A stretch of DNA of 64,000 bases, from positions 86,118,001 to 86,182,000 of the forward strand of contig OZ024745.1 of assembly GCA_964016885.1 (NCBI GenBank). Direction: 5' to 3'. The notes under the pieces are model-generated. The model searched no databases, was not told the DNA's origin, and saw only the letters and a list, made by a program, of their open reading frames with translations. This DNA is from Eledone cirrhosa (taxonomy: Eukaryota). Below are positions 1 to 11,724 of the stretch, piece after piece. How positions within the stretch are numbered: position 1 is the first letter of the stretch; every line of letters begins with the position of its first letter. Both the position numbers and the translations under genes were made by a program.

Positions 1-228
1 TTGTAGAATTCAACAATGCATGATAGGGATTCCCAGCATTAGCGATGAAAAAGGTGGGGCTAACTGTTGGAAAATTAGCTTTCTGGCCACAGAGGAGTTA
101 CTGTCATACAATTGACAGGCAAATACTGCACAAAGCTCCGGTGTCTACGAGGAAGGCTCTTCCAGACAGGAGGTCCTCTATGAAGAAATGGCGGTTCCGT
201 TTTGTCTCGCAGAGTTCACTTGCTACCT

Positions 229-962
229 TTAGTGACTCTGATCCACATTTCCCGAGGCCAAATAATTACACGGAGGCCAGCAATGATTTGCCTTATCCGC
301 GAAGGTAGCATGATACCAGCACAATGATGGGTTGCTGGCTGGCGAAGTAGTACGCTGACGTGGAGTCGCGGAAGAACGCGAACGACTCCTAGGCCGCCGG
401 GAATACGGCCTATTCTCCCTGCATAATCGAGCGACTTGCTGCGTCAAAGCGTCAATAGCCTTCAACATGGCATCCTCGTGTGTCAAGGCGGGCTGGTTCA
501 AATGAGAGGAAGCAATACGCGAGTCTGAGGCGGTAGCCTTTTTAGAAAATTCCATGATTCGATCCGCGGAGGCAGCAATATGCTCCAAAGAGCTGGTGTC
601 CATTATATTTGCCAAAATAATTTTTTAATAAAGGAATTATCCTGTTCAGGCGATTCACTGAGGTCCCTAATGTGGCGCAAAAATTCGGACGGCGACCTAT
701 CGCCTAGATACTCATCCTCCAACAATGAACAAAATCTGCTCTCAGCAGAACGACTGTTCCTTCGAAGAATTTCTTCCCGCAACGAGTCATAAGAAATACT
801 GCCCGACAGGTTCGTAATCAAATCTTTCACTGTTATAGCGAGTGAAGAAGGAATACCACTTATCAAAAAGTTGAGCTTTTTCTCGGTTTTTACTTTGTTG
901 GCAGCAAAATAAGCATCCAGCTGCGCAAACCAGAGTTTAGTATCACCTGAGAACGCACGCAA
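229..962 (-). pseudogene. Gypsy gag, frameshifted near 603-615
   Basis: ORF 603-962 has LWFAQLDAYF...LGDRSPSEFLRHIRDL. ORF 229-615 has RSRSRSS and the knuckle LCWYHATFADKANHCWPPCNY. Both are typical of invertebrate Gypsy Gag. Confidence 0.85.
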
Positions 963-1344
963 TCTATTACCACATGGACGAATAAAAGTAAGTAATGTTC
1001 AAAACGACGGGAAAACAGCACAATTTTCCCTAAACATCCATAAAGTTGCCGCCGGCAAAAGAAATTCAGTCACAGTACAAGAAATAGCAGCGAAAATCCA
1101 AAAGGTAGAATCTGTGGAACAAGCTAGCCATGATCGAACAAGATGGCGTCGCATTTCTTTTCCAAAACAAGAATATGGTCGCGTGACGAGGCTAAGCCAA
1201 TCAGATGGCTGCATTTGAAGAAGACAAACAATGTGTGGGAATGTTAGCTGGCCAGTCAGCCATGTTGGAAAAAAAAAAAAATTTTTTTTTCTTTTTTGTG
1301 TAAGACGAACAATTTTCAATTTAAAACGAATGGCGAAATTAAGT

Positions 1345-1377
1345 AGGCTGCGTGTTCAGATCACGTCGGGGTCACCA
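1345..1377 (-). promoter_or_regulatory. Primer-binding site complementary to tRNA-Trp 3' end
   Basis: The + strand reads aggctgcgtgttcagatcacgtcggggtcacca, which matches the 3' half of metazoan tRNA-Trp including CCA, directly next to the LTR. Confidence 0.88.
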
Positions 1378-1378
1378 C

Positions 1379-1781
1379 TTTAGGCGGGCGATGGTCATCA
1401 GTCATCCCGGCCAATTGATTATTGTTTACTGGCACAGTCAAACAAAGAAAGGGAAGGACAGAGGAACAGTCCCTACACCCCAGGATGAGCAGTGCCTCAG
1501 CCATGCCCCATGGACAAAACATTTTTAATAGGAGCAACTACAGAATATATACAAATACATTAGTGCTCCTAGGTTGGGATATATTTAAGTCGTCGTATAC
1601 TGCCGCATGGTGTGATGTCATCCTTTGGATGACTGCATGTAAATAGCACGATAAAGATAGCACGGCTATTTTCTCCGAGCTCGCATTGTCCAAGTGTTAT
1701 TGTCTCAGCTACTGACGTCAGAACTAAGGGCAGTTAATCGACTGCCTTCACAGTCGACGCTAGATGGCGTGATCTTCTACA
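1379..1781 (-). repeat. Putative 5' LTR of the Gypsy element
   Basis: Starts 1 nt from the PBS. Termini are t(t)tag...ctaca, a degenerate TGTAG...CTACA. AT-rich host DNA resumes shortly after. Confidence 0.6.
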
Positions 1782-2099
1782 AGATAAAGCAGTAGGGTCT
1801 TGCCTAGCCCTATTGTTACCATATTTCTAATAAAATATTTTGTATTTTAATTATTTAATGAATAATTTTTTGCGAAGATTTAAAAAAAAAAAATTATAAC
1901 AAGAAAATTTCTTGTAAAATTATGTTGGAAGGTTTTAATATAAAAAAAACCTTTAAAATGAGTTGTTTTGATTCATAGAAACACAGTTTGGGAAAGGTTT
2001 AAAGATACTTGAATTTCAAAACTGGGTTCTGATTTATCATGGCAACAATGCTTATCTCCATAGTTTTATAATCCTGGATTTGACCAACCACTTCCACTT

Positions 2100-2330
2100 T
2101 GAGACCTCTGGCATCTTTGGTCCCTGCCCTGCTGATTTCCACCGTAAAGTCAGAAAGATGGTGGCCCACTTGAGCAGGGAGCCCATGAGGTGGGGTGGCT
2201 AATACAAGTACATCTGGCCATTTTTTGTGGTAACGCTTTTGCTGTTTTGTCCATGGGGCATGGCTGAGGCACTGCTCATCCTGGGGTGTAGAGACTGTTC
2301 CTCTGTCCTTCCCTTTCTTTCGTTGTTTGA
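2100..2330 (+). mobile_element. CRE-like (restriction-like endonuclease) non-LTR retrotransposon 3' fragment
   Basis: Translates with a frameshift to ETSGIFGP...EVGWLIQVHLAIFCGNAFAVLSMG*, homologous to the end of ORF 9808-10197. Its last ~75 nt recur inverted at 1445-1520. Confidence 0.7.
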
Positions 2331-3139
2331 TCCTTTTCTTTTTCTCTTTTTCATCTTTTTTTCTCTTTCTGTTCCCTTTAATAGTTTTTTTTTTCTTTTC
2401 TTTTAAGAAAGCCAAACATATCCAGCCACATAAAAAAAATGGCTGACTTTATCTTAACAACAGCTTTCAATCTTCCATAAATGGATGAAGTAATTGAGGT
2501 GTGTGTGTATTAGGCACAGTGGATGGTCACCTGAAATCAGTGAACCAGTGTGGTTTGACCTTTGCTAAAACATATAACTCTGCTTGTTCAAATCTGTTTA
2601 GTTTACAATTGGTTCACAGTTGAGGGAATGTTGTTGATGTCATTGTTGTTGTTGGACATCATAAATCTACCTCATTGTGACTCTCTTAAAAGTGAAGAAA
2701 AATCCAATTCAAATGAAAATTATTTAAAAAAATGTAGTTTATATAGTAATTTAACAAAGGAAAAAATACCTGAGCTACTTTTACTTAGAGCAATAGTAAT
2801 GATCTGTTACTGTTTCTTGTTTCTCATTGGTAACATCTTGTTCACTGTATGAAGACCCATTAAAATGGGTGTGTTTAGTAAAACCCACATACAAAATAAC
2901 AATAATGATAAACAACTATAATGTATTTGGAATTATTGACTTATAGATAGTAGTGGTATTCATTTTGTACAGCACTTCGTTTTATTGCAAAACCTTGAAA
3001 GTTTTCACTGACTAAGCCAACTAATCAATCATCTGCTAACTTATTGAACCTCAACACTCATTGATTTTGTAAAAAAAAAAAAAAAATTTATTTTTCCCAT
3101 ATTTTACATTCAGCAAGCGAAGCTCTTTGGTTTGACATT

Positions 3140-3326
3140 AATAATTGTTTCTACATTTGGCACAAAGCCTTCAATTACCCAGTACATTACTGGTACTTTA
3201 TTTTATCGACCCCGTAAGGATGAAAGGCAAAGTTAACCTCGGCGGGATTTGAACTCAGATCGTAAAGGGACATAACTATGCTGGAAAGCATGGCATCCGA
3301 CTCTCTACCGATACTGCCAATCCACC
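3140..3326 (-). mobile_element. tRNA-derived SINE family A copy
   Basis: Reverse complement of the consensus ggattggcagtatcggtagag...gagttcaaatccc...cctttcatccttacggggtcgataaaataaagtacc...gaaacaattatt. It has A/B boxes and an (ATT)n tail. Confidence 0.85.
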
Positions 3327-4069
3327 AATCCACCAATGTTTCAACTAGAAGCTGTCTTCATATTATTTCTTACCTTCCATAATTTTGTATATCTGCTTAC
3401 CTTTTGGAATGGGTATATAATTAGTTGACTTCCATAGTTGACATTATGGGACTTGAAATGTGAAAATGTTATTTAAAAAATGAAATGTGTATATATATAT
3501 ATATATTTATAATTTTACCCTTAAAATAACTTAATTAAAATAGTTACTTAATGGAATTTAGATAATTGAAATTCATCATTATGGCTGCCAAAATTTTCCA
3601 GGTAAGTCTACCTAAAAGATAAGGGATTTTTTTCTTCAATTTATTTTATAATGAATATAAAATGCCATTGTTTTCAAAGTAGGGAGTCTGTGTGGTTGGG
3701 ATGCTTGATCTGTTAGAAGAGTAGCCAAATCCTACTTTTTATCTTGAAAAAAAAAAAATAAAGAGCGAAAGGAATGCATTGGACAATGTCCCATAAATCC
3801 TTGAAAAATGAGATAGTCATGACTAGAATGTCTTTGATAATTGGAGTTGAACAACAGCCAGTTCACTTAAGTTTTATATGGATTATAAACTAAATATATT
3901 TCTCCAACAAATTCTAGACGGTTAAATTTATTTTTCCATTTTCAAATGTTTTATCTGCAGTTCTCATTAAATTTGAGATTCTTTCATGATTAAATAGGCT
4001 TCTAAATACAATATTACAATATTCTGAAATTTGAAAAGAATGCTTTCCTTTATATATATATCCTATATA

Positions 4070-4384
4070 TAAGCATTGGGCTTGCAATCAGGAGGTTGTG
4101 AGTTCGATTCTCGGAATGGCTGATGCATCGTGTCCTTGATCAAAACACTTTATTTTACGTTGCTCCAGTTTGCTCAGCTGTAGAAATGAGTTGCTACACC
4201 ACTGGTGCCAAGTTGTATCAGCCTTTGTCTTTCCCTTGGACAACATTGATGATGTGTAGAGGGAAGACAGATATTCATGGGGGATGTTGGTCTTCCACAA
4301 ACATCCTGGCCCGAACCTGTACCTCAGAGAGGAACTTTCTAGGTGCCAAGCCCATGATCATTCGTGACTGAAGGGGGTTTTTAC

Positions 4385-4388
<4 letters not shown>
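4070..4388 (+). mobile_element. tRNA-derived SINE family B copy
   Basis: B box gagttcgattc, then core gtgtccttga.caa.acacttt...cagctgtagaaatgag shared with 20253, 21934 and 37221. Followed by (TA)n. Confidence 0.75.
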
Positions 4389-4443
<55 letters not shown>

Positions 4444-5107
4444 GTGTGTGTGTGTGTGTGTGTAGATAGATATACTGTTATTTTCTTGTTTATTTTAACA
4501 ATGACTGAAAGTAGAAAAACACATAAAAAAATAACATGGTACTAATTAAATTCTTGCTTGACTATTGAAAATATGTATAAAAGGTATGTATTTAGGTTTT
4601 TGTACAACATTGCAATAACTACAATGTTTTAGTGGTGAATGTTGTGTAGGTGTTTTATATATTTTTTACTGTGTAAAGTGTTTGTTCTTCATTGTTGTTG
4701 GAATAATATCGTACAGTTCTTTTACTTTTCAATATATTCCAAAATAATGTTTGCTCTCTTTTAAAAGAAATGCCTGTGATATTCTAAGAACTAGCAACAG
4801 AAATTGGAAGCATAACAGCTAAAGATATTTTTGTGGTTCCACTTATTTTTTTCTATCATTGTTGACTTTCTAGCATTGATTTGGTTTGTCAGTCCAGAAA
4901 AAGTTGTATTTTTTGTTGTTGTTGCTACAAAGTGTTTAATTTTTAATTTTTTATTTTAATGTTAGTATAGTTGTTGTATCATCCTATTGTCTGACAAAAC
5001 TAAAGGATACCTCTATTATTGTTTTTCTTAGATTAAGTAAATATCCCTCCCTACTAAGTGACACACGCGGAATTTTTGCTTCTTTATTGTATACATGTAT
5101 TTTTTCT

Positions 5108-5300
5108 CCTCTTCGCCCACTTATTACTGAAAGGGTCATGTGGACAGTCCTCAAGCACGTCTTCCAGCAGGTCCCGTTAGAAGCAACCATCTCCAATTCA
5201 TCTGGTTGGATCACTAAGCGAGACCAGACAAGCTCATGGATGTTATCCTCCCATCTTGCTCAGCGTCTACCTGTGGGTCTCTTGTCAGCTGATTTTGCCC
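5108..5300 (-). mobile_element. RTE-type LINE 3' fragment (related copies 6320-6480, 12830-13010)
   Basis: Minus strand KRPTGRR*ARWEDNIHELVW...VASNGTCWK resembles an RTE C-terminus. Three similar copies occur in the window. Confidence 0.6.
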
Positions 5301-8109
5301 GTAAAATCTGTACAGTGATTCTTTCCTGAGACACTCCAGCCACATTCCCATATAAAGCTGTGTATTTAATTTGCCATTAGTTGTTACTTTTATATAAATT
5401 GTTTACTTTTATATTTTCACAAATTTGTGAAGCAAAATTGTTTTGAAAGCCTAGTTTTAATTATGCAGTTGAAATAGTCTCGCAAGAGTTATCTACCTTT
5501 TTTAAGAGTTCAAAGTTATGTTTGTTTTAAGGATTCATTTGATAATTGTCACGTTTGTATAAGTATCTTATTGTTTTATCGTCTGTTTTTCCATGTTAGC
5601 ATGGTTAGATAGGATTTCTTGAGGCAGTGTTTTACAGCTAGATGCCTTACTTGATGCCACCCATTTTAGTTCCCTCTTCAACAAGCAGAGATATGCTGTC
5701 ACCATTCTAAAAATCAAGAGGCACATAAGGTTATTAATACAAATACATTGAATATTAACTATTTCATCAACAATCCCTCATACTTTGTAGTACAGAATTT
5801 CCTTTCTTTAATTGGTAAATCATGGTCGAGTTGTAGGGGCACCATAGTGACATACAGGGTCTCTTGGACACTTTTTATACCTAGTGGGGCCCCACCTCCT
5901 CTTCAGGTCTGAACACAGCAGATTTCTTTTCAGAGGAGGAGAGAGAGAGACAGTAATAGAGAATATGTGAGAAAGAGATATAGAGGAAGAATCAACCCCA
6001 GTACTGGACTGGTAATTTATCTATCGATCTCAAAAGTATGAACGGCAAAGTTGATAAATTAATAAACAAGGATGGACGATTATTCGAGACCCAAGAGTAT
6101 GTATATTTATAAATGTATTGACCACAATACTGTCTGTTGGGATATTTCACAGCCATTTCAACATTTCAAACAAATTAGCATTAATGTAGAATTTGTAGTT
6201 TTATTATTAGTTTTTATTAGGGTAGTTTTATATAGCCTGAAATTTTCATGAAATATCAACTTAAAATAATCTGAAGTTGAAGTGAAAATTTGTCATAATT
6301 AGCAAGAATTATATTAGGCTTCTTCTTTGCCCACTTATTCCTGAGAGGATCGTGGGAGCAGACTCCTCAAACACTCCTTCCAGCTGGTCTTATTAGAAGC
6401 AAGCGTCTCAACTGATCCAGCTGGATCCCCAAGTGAAACCAGGCAAGCTCATGGATGTTATCCAACCATCCTACTCAGGGGTCACTTGCATAATATTAGT
6501 CTTCAGTTTAATTGCAATAATTAGTTTGTAAATGAATAAAGTAAAAGTTTTGTTTCGATTTACCTTTGAATTTGTTACTGCATCATATTAGTTCTGCTCA
6601 TTAACAAATCTATATTGATGGTATTTAGGGTTTTCAACCAATGAGACACAAATTCATAGGTTTGATGGCAATAAAATCAATAGACAAGGAATCATTTTGT
6701 TGAAATAAAGGTTTCTGTTTTGTTAATGAAATTATAAATTCTAATTCTAATTACCTAAGGACAACTAACTAAATAACATTGTAAGTTATTTTGTATGCTA
6801 TTAACACCCTGCAAATGTGCCATTGGAATACATTCTAAGAAGCATATAAGGAAGTCATTATCATTTACTAAACATCTTACTTAGATTTATTAAAAGGATT
6901 TATTTGTGAGTCCAAGAGCATTGTGTTAACAACAACAATAGAAATAAACTAACGAGTGAATCTCTTAGTCACTCAAACTGCTAGAAATAGCAGTTGTATG
7001 TCTATGAAAGTACATTCTGCTACCTTTGTAAAACAAAGAGAAATATAGATTAGTTTAGTCAGCATTAACTTAGGTCTTAATTATTTCCAGTAGAATACAT
7101 ATTTCTCTATAATGTTGTTTCTAATACCTGATTAGAGCAGTCTTTTTTTTTTTTTTTTTGCTGTTGGGGGACCAACATTTTCTGATGTCTACAATATTTA
7201 AATTGAAAATAATTCCTCCCCTTTGTAATTATTGTAATCACCAAAGTAAAAGAGTTATGATTTAAAATAAATGTTTGGAAATCTCTGAACCTAGCATGAC
7301 ACAAAAACATTTGAAAGAGACAGTTTTGTATTTGAAACTAAAGTTAAGTGGTCTCTCTCAATTGATTTGCTCATTCTAGTTTAAATGAATACGGAGATTT
7401 TAAAAATGTTAGCTTGTAGTAAGGTGAGAAAATTTTAAATTTACAAATAGATACTATAACTGAGAGCAAGTAGAGAATATATTCAGTTAATTAGTGAAAT
7501 GACATAATTAACATTCTGTCTGTCTTTATGAAGAAAACTGAAATTTCTGGCTACATTTACGAAAGGGATATAATGTGCAATAAATCACTAGTTATTTCCC
7601 TTTCTACTGAAATTCTCTAGTTTAGGAAATGTTTTACTTGAAAGGATTTGAATCCAGCTTTACAATTCAGTATTGCTCTCTTGAATTGCAATTGCATAAA
7701 AACCTGTGAAATGGGGCACATTCGTGGGAAGAAATATAAGGTGTTTTTAATTTTACAAATATATAGTTATGTAACTTAGAGATTACTGTTTTGGCATTAC
7801 ATCTTGCCCTTTCTCTCTAGCTTCCTAGAGACTTCTTCAACAGGCAGAAGTTTTCTCCATAGAGAAAAGGTTCTCAATGACTGTTCTAGGGATTACTATA
7901 ACTGATTTAAGTCACATACAGAAAGATTGAACTGTAGTGCTATGAGAATGGAAGTTAATTTAGTATAATGGAATATTGATTTTTGAGATTGATTCTTAAA
8001 GTTAGGAGACTAAAGTTCTGGAATAACATGTATTCTATTGATTAAATCTATTCCTACATATAGAAATAGAAAGTGATGTCCAAATGAGTATCCTTCACCT
8101 CCAACTAAC

Positions 8110-8330
8110 TTACATTCTGCTTCTGGGTCCCAGCCAACAGGATGGAGAATACATTGCCCTCAGAGGATGGTGAGGGAGCCACTCCACCTTGTGGGGATCA
8201 CACTTGCGGGTGGCCAACTGCATTCCAGTTGCAGTGAATAAGGATATGGTCCGGACATAAAGAATGCCAGAAGTCTCCACTGCTACAGGCTCTGCCACAA
8301 ACCTATCAGAGAGAATTCTATATGGCTTTT
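8110..8330 (-). mobile_element. CRE-like non-LTR 3' fragment
   Basis: YRILSDRFVAEPVAVETSGIL...RKCDPHKVEWL, homologous to 9808-10197. Confidence 0.7.
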
Positions 8331-9754
8331 TAACTACTTCAATTATGCTCAAAGAAAACTAAAACCAATTCACTAATCTAATTTAACATTCATTTTCCAT
8401 GCTAAACAGTGATGATGATGATATGGACTTTTGAAAAATATTGTATTAATACACAAACATTCATCTTAACTGTCTTCATGGTCTTGTTAATTACTATTTC
8501 ATATCTTCATATCAGAAACATGTTCATCCCAACTGTTATTACATTCATTCCAAACAAATATTCTTCTTGTCGTATGACATATGCTCAATAGTTAGAGAGG
8601 CAAGTCGAGGCTAGCAAGCCAGACCAAGGCATCATTTGTAGTGTTGTGGATTGTCTCCGGTGGGAAATAAATATACTGACAGTGCATTCTCTTAACACAA
8701 GATATTTGATCAGTGAATGGATTTTAATCAAAAAAAATTGAATAGATTAAAACATTTAATTGCCTTAAACCAATACATTTGACCAATAATTAGAAATGAC
8801 CTCTTGATTAGAAACAAAGTATTGTGGTCAAGGCTAACATCTTTCTGAAAATTTTCCCCTTTGGCATGACAATACATCTTTTTTCTCTTTCTAAGGAGCC
8901 TCTTTGTCACTGCAAAACATCTTTTTCCCCCCTTTCTAAGGAGCCTCTTTGGCACTGCGATAGAGCTTGACACAGGACTAGATTAATTTATGTTGTGATA
9001 AAAGGGAACTTCTATCACCTTTCACCTGAAATTGTAGATGAAAATAAGGGCAATATATACATGTTTGTTAGTACTTAGGTCTTCAAAGGACTACCAAATT
9101 ACTTTTGAAATGATAGCATTAATTGGTTTTGTATATGAATCAAAAGCATTTCGACCATTATCTTATTGAAACTGAGAACCTGTGTTATTTTAGGACTACC
9201 AAGTACTATTCCCATTTAAGTTTATTTTCAGTCTATAATATTTCCATTATAACATATTCTCGGCTCTCAATCCCCTTCCTCCGTGTGCTTATTAATTTTT
9301 CATTTTCCCCTCCCCACACTCGTATCCACCCCCACCCCACCCTGCGCTTATTACATTTTCACCCCCCCCCCCCTCCGCGCGTTTATTAAATTTTCAGTCC
9401 CCTTCCCTGCGCGCTTATTAAATTTTCACCCCTCCCCTTCCCATGTGCGCTTATTAAATTTACCTAATCTATCTCCGGTTAAATTTTATTTTAAGTAGTA
9501 GCATTTCTGCGACATTTCATTTTCTTTAGACATTAAAAAAAGAGTAATACATGATCAAAAAAGTACATTACTAGAAATCCCATACGTTATAAAATAAATA
9601 GGATGGGTTAGGGTTTCAATATGTAAACTAAACGGCTAATTCTGATTTTTTTTTCTTTTAAATCAACAGACAACCTAGAAAAATTACCAATTCCCCCCCC
9701 CCCTTATTATTTGGAACCTGATAGTATGTTTGTTCTACATTCTTCAATATATTC

Positions 9755-10150
9755 CTGGTGGACAGGATGGAGAAGGCGTTTCCCCGGAGGATAGTAAGGG
9801 AGATGCGCTAGAAGAGCCATTCCAACTTGCGAAGCGCACACCTGCGGCTGGCTAGCTCAGCATCTATGGTGGTGAGTAGGGAGGTAGCCCGAGGACCAAG
9901 GACACCAGAAGTCTCCACTGCCAAGGGCACGACTGCGAACCTGTTGGACAGCAACCGGTACTTGGAGAGTTTGACTTCCTCAACCCGACGTGCAGCAGAA
10001 CCTGGGTTAGTCGCAGACTGCACCAGGTTGTGGCTGGAGAAAGTGTCACTGCAAGTGGCATCCCAGACGAGGGGTTTGCCACTGTGGAACGGGAAGATGG
10101 TCATACCATCTGGCCTTTTGCCAGCCCCACTGGCTTGAGCTGGGAGGTGA
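9755..10150 (-). mobile_element. CRE-like non-LTR retrotransposon RLE domain fragment
   Basis: GKRPDGMTIFPFHSGKPLVWDATCSDTFS...KLSKY...PLAVETSGVLGP...WLF is the RPD..D restriction-like endonuclease signature of CRE-clade elements. Confidence 0.8.
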
Positions 10151-10334
10151 AACCTGCAGCGTCCAAGCCATGCTTTATGACCCCCTTTGCTCACCATACG
10201 GATTAATAGGCAAAGTTATAAACTGTGTGTGCATTTTATTGTTGAGTCCATTGGGTTGCTTTGGATGAAATTGCAGTTGATCGTATATATTCCTTTCATA
10301 AGAAAACTAAAGAATTTAATTCAATAAATTATTA

Positions 10335-10625
10335 TTACATTTTTTTCATGCTCAGAGTTGCTGAAGCATGGAACAAACTACCTGCATCAGTTGTTAGGTG
10401 TTGGGATACTGCATCCTTCAAAACTTCCATGCGTCTTGAAATTCACCAACACTACACCTAATATTCCCCCTCCAAACGCATGCATGTGTGTGTGTCTGTG
10501 TGTATATCATGACTCATACACTGTTCACTTTCCTGACATTTGTACATTATTCTATGTACTATACATGCACCTTTGATAAGTTGTAGTGCACCTGAGCACT
10601 GTACACAATTTTCATTATTATTGTT
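10335..10625 (+). mobile_element. CR1/L2-like LINE 3' end (other pieces 12230-12492, 13960-14083, 18925-18975, 22550-22720)
   Basis: RVAEAWNKLPASVV...ASFKTSM C-terminal motif, a 3' UTR ending in the stem gtagtgcacctgagcactgtac, and an (ATT)n tail. Confidence 0.75.
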
Positions 10626-10626
10626 A

Positions 10627-10810
10627 TTGGCAGTATCAGTAGAGGGTCGGACGTCATGCTTTGACGCATAGTTACGGCCCTTACCATTCTGAGTTCAAAT
10701 CCCACCGCGGTTAACTTTGCCTTTCATCCTTACAGGGTCGATAAAATAAAGTACCAGTAATGTACTGGGTAATTGCTGGACTTGTGCCAAAAGTGGAAAC
10801 AATTATTATT
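10627..10810 (+). mobile_element. SINE family A copy
   Basis: Full consensus match, inserted at the (ATT)n tail of the preceding LINE fragment. Confidence 0.85.
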
Positions 10811-11481
10811 GTTATAATCATTAGATATTTCCTTTAACTGTTTTGCAGTTATTGTTGCTGGAAACATTTTGTAATGATATACAATAGAAATTTGGTTATA
10901 TTTCAAAAGGAATTATTTATTGTGAAATGATTCATCCCTATGTTTTCAGTAAGGAGAACTTTCATGTCAGAGAAAAAATCTTTTTATATATATATGTAAT
11001 ATTGTGAAATACTAAAACTAGACATGACATTACCATCATTCGCTACTATTTCATGACATCTGTGCTAGTTCCAACCTTCTGCATTCATGATCGAATTTAT
11101 CAACATATTGTAATCGGATGTATTGATTTTTTTTACCTTTTTCTACTTCCCACATGTGTTTTGATAACAGTTGTGATATATAGGCCATTTTGGTTTACCT
11201 ATCAGCTGTCATAATTACTACCATCACTAATCAAGGGCAGTTTTATTCCCATTCTAACTCAATCAGCATTGTTTATAAACATGCTAGTTTAATGTGATGT
11301 TTAATTCAGGAATGTATATTTTCAAACATGAGGCTTGTTGAAGATATGGATATATTACTTATTGATCGGAAACTTTTACCAACATAACTTTTATCTAAAG
11401 CTTTGAAATAATGAAGGGGAGAAAAAAAACATTCTTCTGTTGAATATTTATATCTGAGCTTTGTTTGATAATAAATTCACA

Positions 11482-11724
11482 ATGTTTAGGCTAAAACGGA
11501 GAAATAGCATAGCTAAAAATAAAGAGCTCATTCGGAGAGAGAGTATGAAAGAAAATCTTGTAAAGAAAAGTAACTCTGATGCAGCAGCAAAAGTTGATTT
11601 AAGTCCTGCATCACCAAAGCAAGAGTCAAAAGAAAAACCCTCTCCAGAAATGCCACGTTCTGTGCGATTTCGGCGCAAGTCGTCTTTAACAATGCCAAAC
11701 TTAATGATTGTATCTGCCTTTCAG
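11482..11724 (+). CDS. Candidate ferlin exon (alternative first exon or C2A-C2B linker exon), MFRLKRRNS...MIVSAFQ
   Basis: An 81-codon ORF in non-repetitive DNA ends CAG|GTAAAT in phase 0. Splicing to 23991 gives ...AFQ-IRVKI, matching the ferlin DFQ-IRV junction before C2B. Confidence 0.65.

Larger units (their letters stand above)
1..1781 (-). mobile_element. Decayed Ty3/Gypsy LTR retrotransposon, 5' portion (LTR, PBS, gag, protease), running off the window start
   Basis: On the minus strand the order is LTR (~1379-1781), PBS TGGTGACCCCGACGTGAT, gag, then protease motif FLVDTGA (DTG at 137-145). Stops and frameshifts are present. Confidence 0.88.

Noticed and set aside
1345-1377. tRNA-Trp gene
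   Set aside because: Only the 3' half with encoded CCA, located beside an LTR, so it is a PBS.
1999-2415. Lysine-rich 138-aa ORF
   Set aside because: Antisense reading of a CRE-like 3' end and its T-rich tail.
9190-9725. Proline-rich ORFs in a C-run repeat region
   Set aside because: Degenerate tandem units (gcgcttattaaattttcaccc), probably inside an old DNA transposon. The termini are too decayed to call.
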